From Barthelona sp. PAP020 (Eukaryota), in the NCBI GenBank assembly GCA_040182905.1, contig JARQWU010000060.1, forward strand, positions 1 to 43,684: a stretch of DNA of 43,684 bases, in the 5' to 3' direction. Shown in pieces: positions 41,910-43,684 of this stretch. Positions within the stretch are counted from its first letter, which is position 1; each line of letters begins with the position of its first letter. Position numbers and translations under genes: made by a program. The notes under the pieces were generated by a model. It saw only the letters and a list, made by a program, of their open reading frames with translations, had not been told where the DNA came from and did not search any database.

Positions 41910-43160
41910 TTAGATGTCATCACCACTTTCATCGCTTTCATCACTTTTTTCATCCATAAAGGAGACCATATTGCCACCATTATTTTCATTGATGTCAACC
42001 AAATCCCAACAAGTATTTATAATCATTTCGTATTCTTCTTGATTCATCCAAATACCTGCAGCAACTAATTTTCGAATGAAACTGGAATCCATATTCATAT
42101 CAAAAAAATTAGCTAAAACACAAGTTCCTTTCTTTGACAAATTAATCAGCTCTGACAGATTCAAAAGATCGATAGTGTAAGCATTAATCGGAAGAATTTT
42201 GAGTTTCGCATTCACATCACCATCTTCATCATCTTCATCCTCAAAAGTTGAGTATACTAATTGTGAAATATCAGGAGAAACCGAAAATGAATGAAAAACG
42301 ACACTATGACAACGTTCACAGTGAACTTTTTGAATCTGATGAAAATCTCTTAGATCATAAGATATAATATCTTCATCTTCAATCATAACTAAGAGAATGT
42401 CGGATGTCAAAAAGTAAAGAGAACAGATGTAATCTTCTGTGGCAAATTCATGAATAAGTGATCCATCGTCCAAGTTCCAAAGCTTGATATCCATATTATC
42501 ATCACCAATAGCAATTATGTTTTTTGTTGGATGCAAATCAATGCCTCTAATTTGGGTGTCACAACAGAATGAGCGAACAATGGAGAAATCGTCAAGATCA
42601 ATCAAATTAGCGGTACCATCCCAACCACAGGTTAAAAGTTGATTATTGTCGGGAATCATTTCTAATTTCCAGAGGAAATCTGAATGAATTTCTTTTTGCA
42701 ACAACACACCACAACCATCAATATTCCATTTCTTAAGAGTTCCATTGTTGTCACCACAATATATATATTTGGAACAATGAGAAAAACAAAGTCCATAAAC
42801 ACAAATGCCATTATTTATTATGACTAAAACTGATAAATCTTGAACATCGTAAATAAAAATAAAGCCATCAACTGAACCTGTTGCAAACAATTGACCATCT
42901 GGTGAAAATGCGATACAAAAAACACAATCTCGGTGGTCATAAAAAGTATGAAATATCTCTCCAGTTTCTGTTTCAATCATATAAACATAACCTTCATCAC
43001 ATGCAAACATTAAATATTTACTGTCTGGTGTAAATTGACAACAATCCTTTGCCCTGAAAGATATTCCTTCTATATCCCTCATTTTACTTTCATCAATTTC
43101 GTGTAACAGCATGTGATTTATATTTTCCATGCAGAGTTCTTCATTTAAATTGCCTGACAT
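41910..43160 (-). CDS. WD40 beta-propeller protein with unrecognised 81-aa C-terminal domain
   Basis: WD40 repeats (H.DCVFCIAFSPDGQLFATGSVDG.I.IYD, LKKWN, IKLWN). The C-terminus is homologous to that of the ankyrin gene at 21314-22993. Confidence 0.92.
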   Translation of the reverse strand: MSGNLNEELCMENINHMLLHEIDESKMRDIEGISFRAKDCCQFTPDSKYLMFACDEGYVYMIETETGEIFHTFYDHRDCVFCIAFSPDGQLFATGSVDGFIFIYDVQDLSVLVIINNGICVYGLCFSHCSKYIYCGDNNGTLKKWNIDGCGVLLQKEIHSDFLWKLEMIPDNNQLLTCGWDGTANLIDLDDFSIVRSFCCDTQIRGIDLHPTKNIIAIGDDNMDIKLWNLDDGSLIHEFATEDYICSLYFLTSDILLVMIEDEDIISYDLRDFHQIQKVHCERCHSVVFHSFSVSPDISQLVYSTFEDEDDEDGDVNAKLKILPINAYTIDLLNLSELINLSKKGTCVLANFFDMNMDSSFIRKLVAAGIWMNQEEYEMIINTCWDLVDINENNGGNMVSFMDEKSDESDESGDDI

Positions 43161-43259
43161 CGAAATTTGAATAAGAAAAAATAATATTTGGTCTCATCCA
43201 ACAAGTTTTCATTTACCCTGGTTATCACAACAGAGAAAGTTTCCAGAATTGGAAGTGAT

Positions 43260-43338
43260 CGGTAATAATTGTTTTGGCGGTAAAGTGAAAAGGATTTTAT
43301 TTTCTGCTCCATACAACAAGCATTTAAAGATTTGGAAC
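43260..43338 (+). pseudogene. Possible WD40 gene remnant abutting repeat A
   Basis: The frame reads ...ILFSAPYNKHLKIWN, like a WD40 repeat end (LFSASYDKTIKIWN). It runs directly into the left edge of repeat A. Confidence 0.3.
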
Positions 43339-43684
43339 TTTATTTTTCTTCTTGTATGAACCTTTTCCAGAACTTTCCCAAATTAGAGACTGGGAAAACT
43401 CAGTTGACTAATAAATAATAAACCTTGATCTTTATTCTTTTCGGGGGGTCCAGCGTTCCTGAAAGCAATCTCTCTTTTTTGAGACCTACTCTTTCATAGG
43501 CTTTCGTAGAAGAGCTACGCCCTACGCGGGGTGTGAAATATTGCATTACTAATTGCTCAAAAGAGCTTAACGCTCCGATATTTTTAAAATTTATCCTAAT
43601 TGTGCAAGTTTTCATGCATTCACCGTGGCAGGTCAAAAATTTGGGGGTAGGTTAAGGAAAAGTTCCGTACCTCGAGGGAAAAAG
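43339..43684 (+). repeat. Dispersed structured repeat family A, copy 2 (runs off the window end)
   Basis: About 96% identical to 20183-20529, same orientation. Confidence 0.92.

Noticed and set aside
43400..43636. 78-aa minus-strand ORF inside repeat A copy 2
   Set aside because: Non-ATG start, no recognisable motif, and no equivalent ORF is called in copy 1.
1..43684. Alternative genetic code or stop readthrough
   Set aside because: Conserved genes are uninterrupted and end appropriately in TAA, TAG or TGA. The apparent breaks are explained by introns.

Overview
AT-rich, gene-dense eukaryotic DNA read with the standard code (TAA, TAG and TGA all act as stops). It comes from a flagellated protist (IFT46 present) with very short intergenic spacers and rare tiny GT-AG introns (43 and 41 nt found). 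A metamonad-like host is an inference only. About 24 protein genes are present, mostly housekeeping: TYW3, legumain, NDC80, acyl-CoA synthetase, CK2-beta, UBR-like E3, VPS8, UNC50, NPL4, class-3 lipase, penta-EF-hand, IFT46, TBCB, MPS1, PWP2, METTL5, EMG1 and PTEN. There is also one tRNA-Pro(CGG). Two gene-sparse islands (about 20.1-24.8 kb and 41.3 kb to the end) stand out. One holds an ankyrin-array gene and the other a WD40 gene. Both genes end in the same 81-aa C-terminal domain that I do not recognise (about 49% identity, ungapped), and both lie near a copy of a ~345-bp, ~96%-identical, highly structured non-coding repeat. This suggests a modular family of a variable binding domain plus a common adaptor tail, possibly linked to a mobile structured element. 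A second ~400-bp dispersed repeat family is also present. Several ORF-track starts were non-ATG or too far upstream and were corrected by eye. All identities are manual counts.
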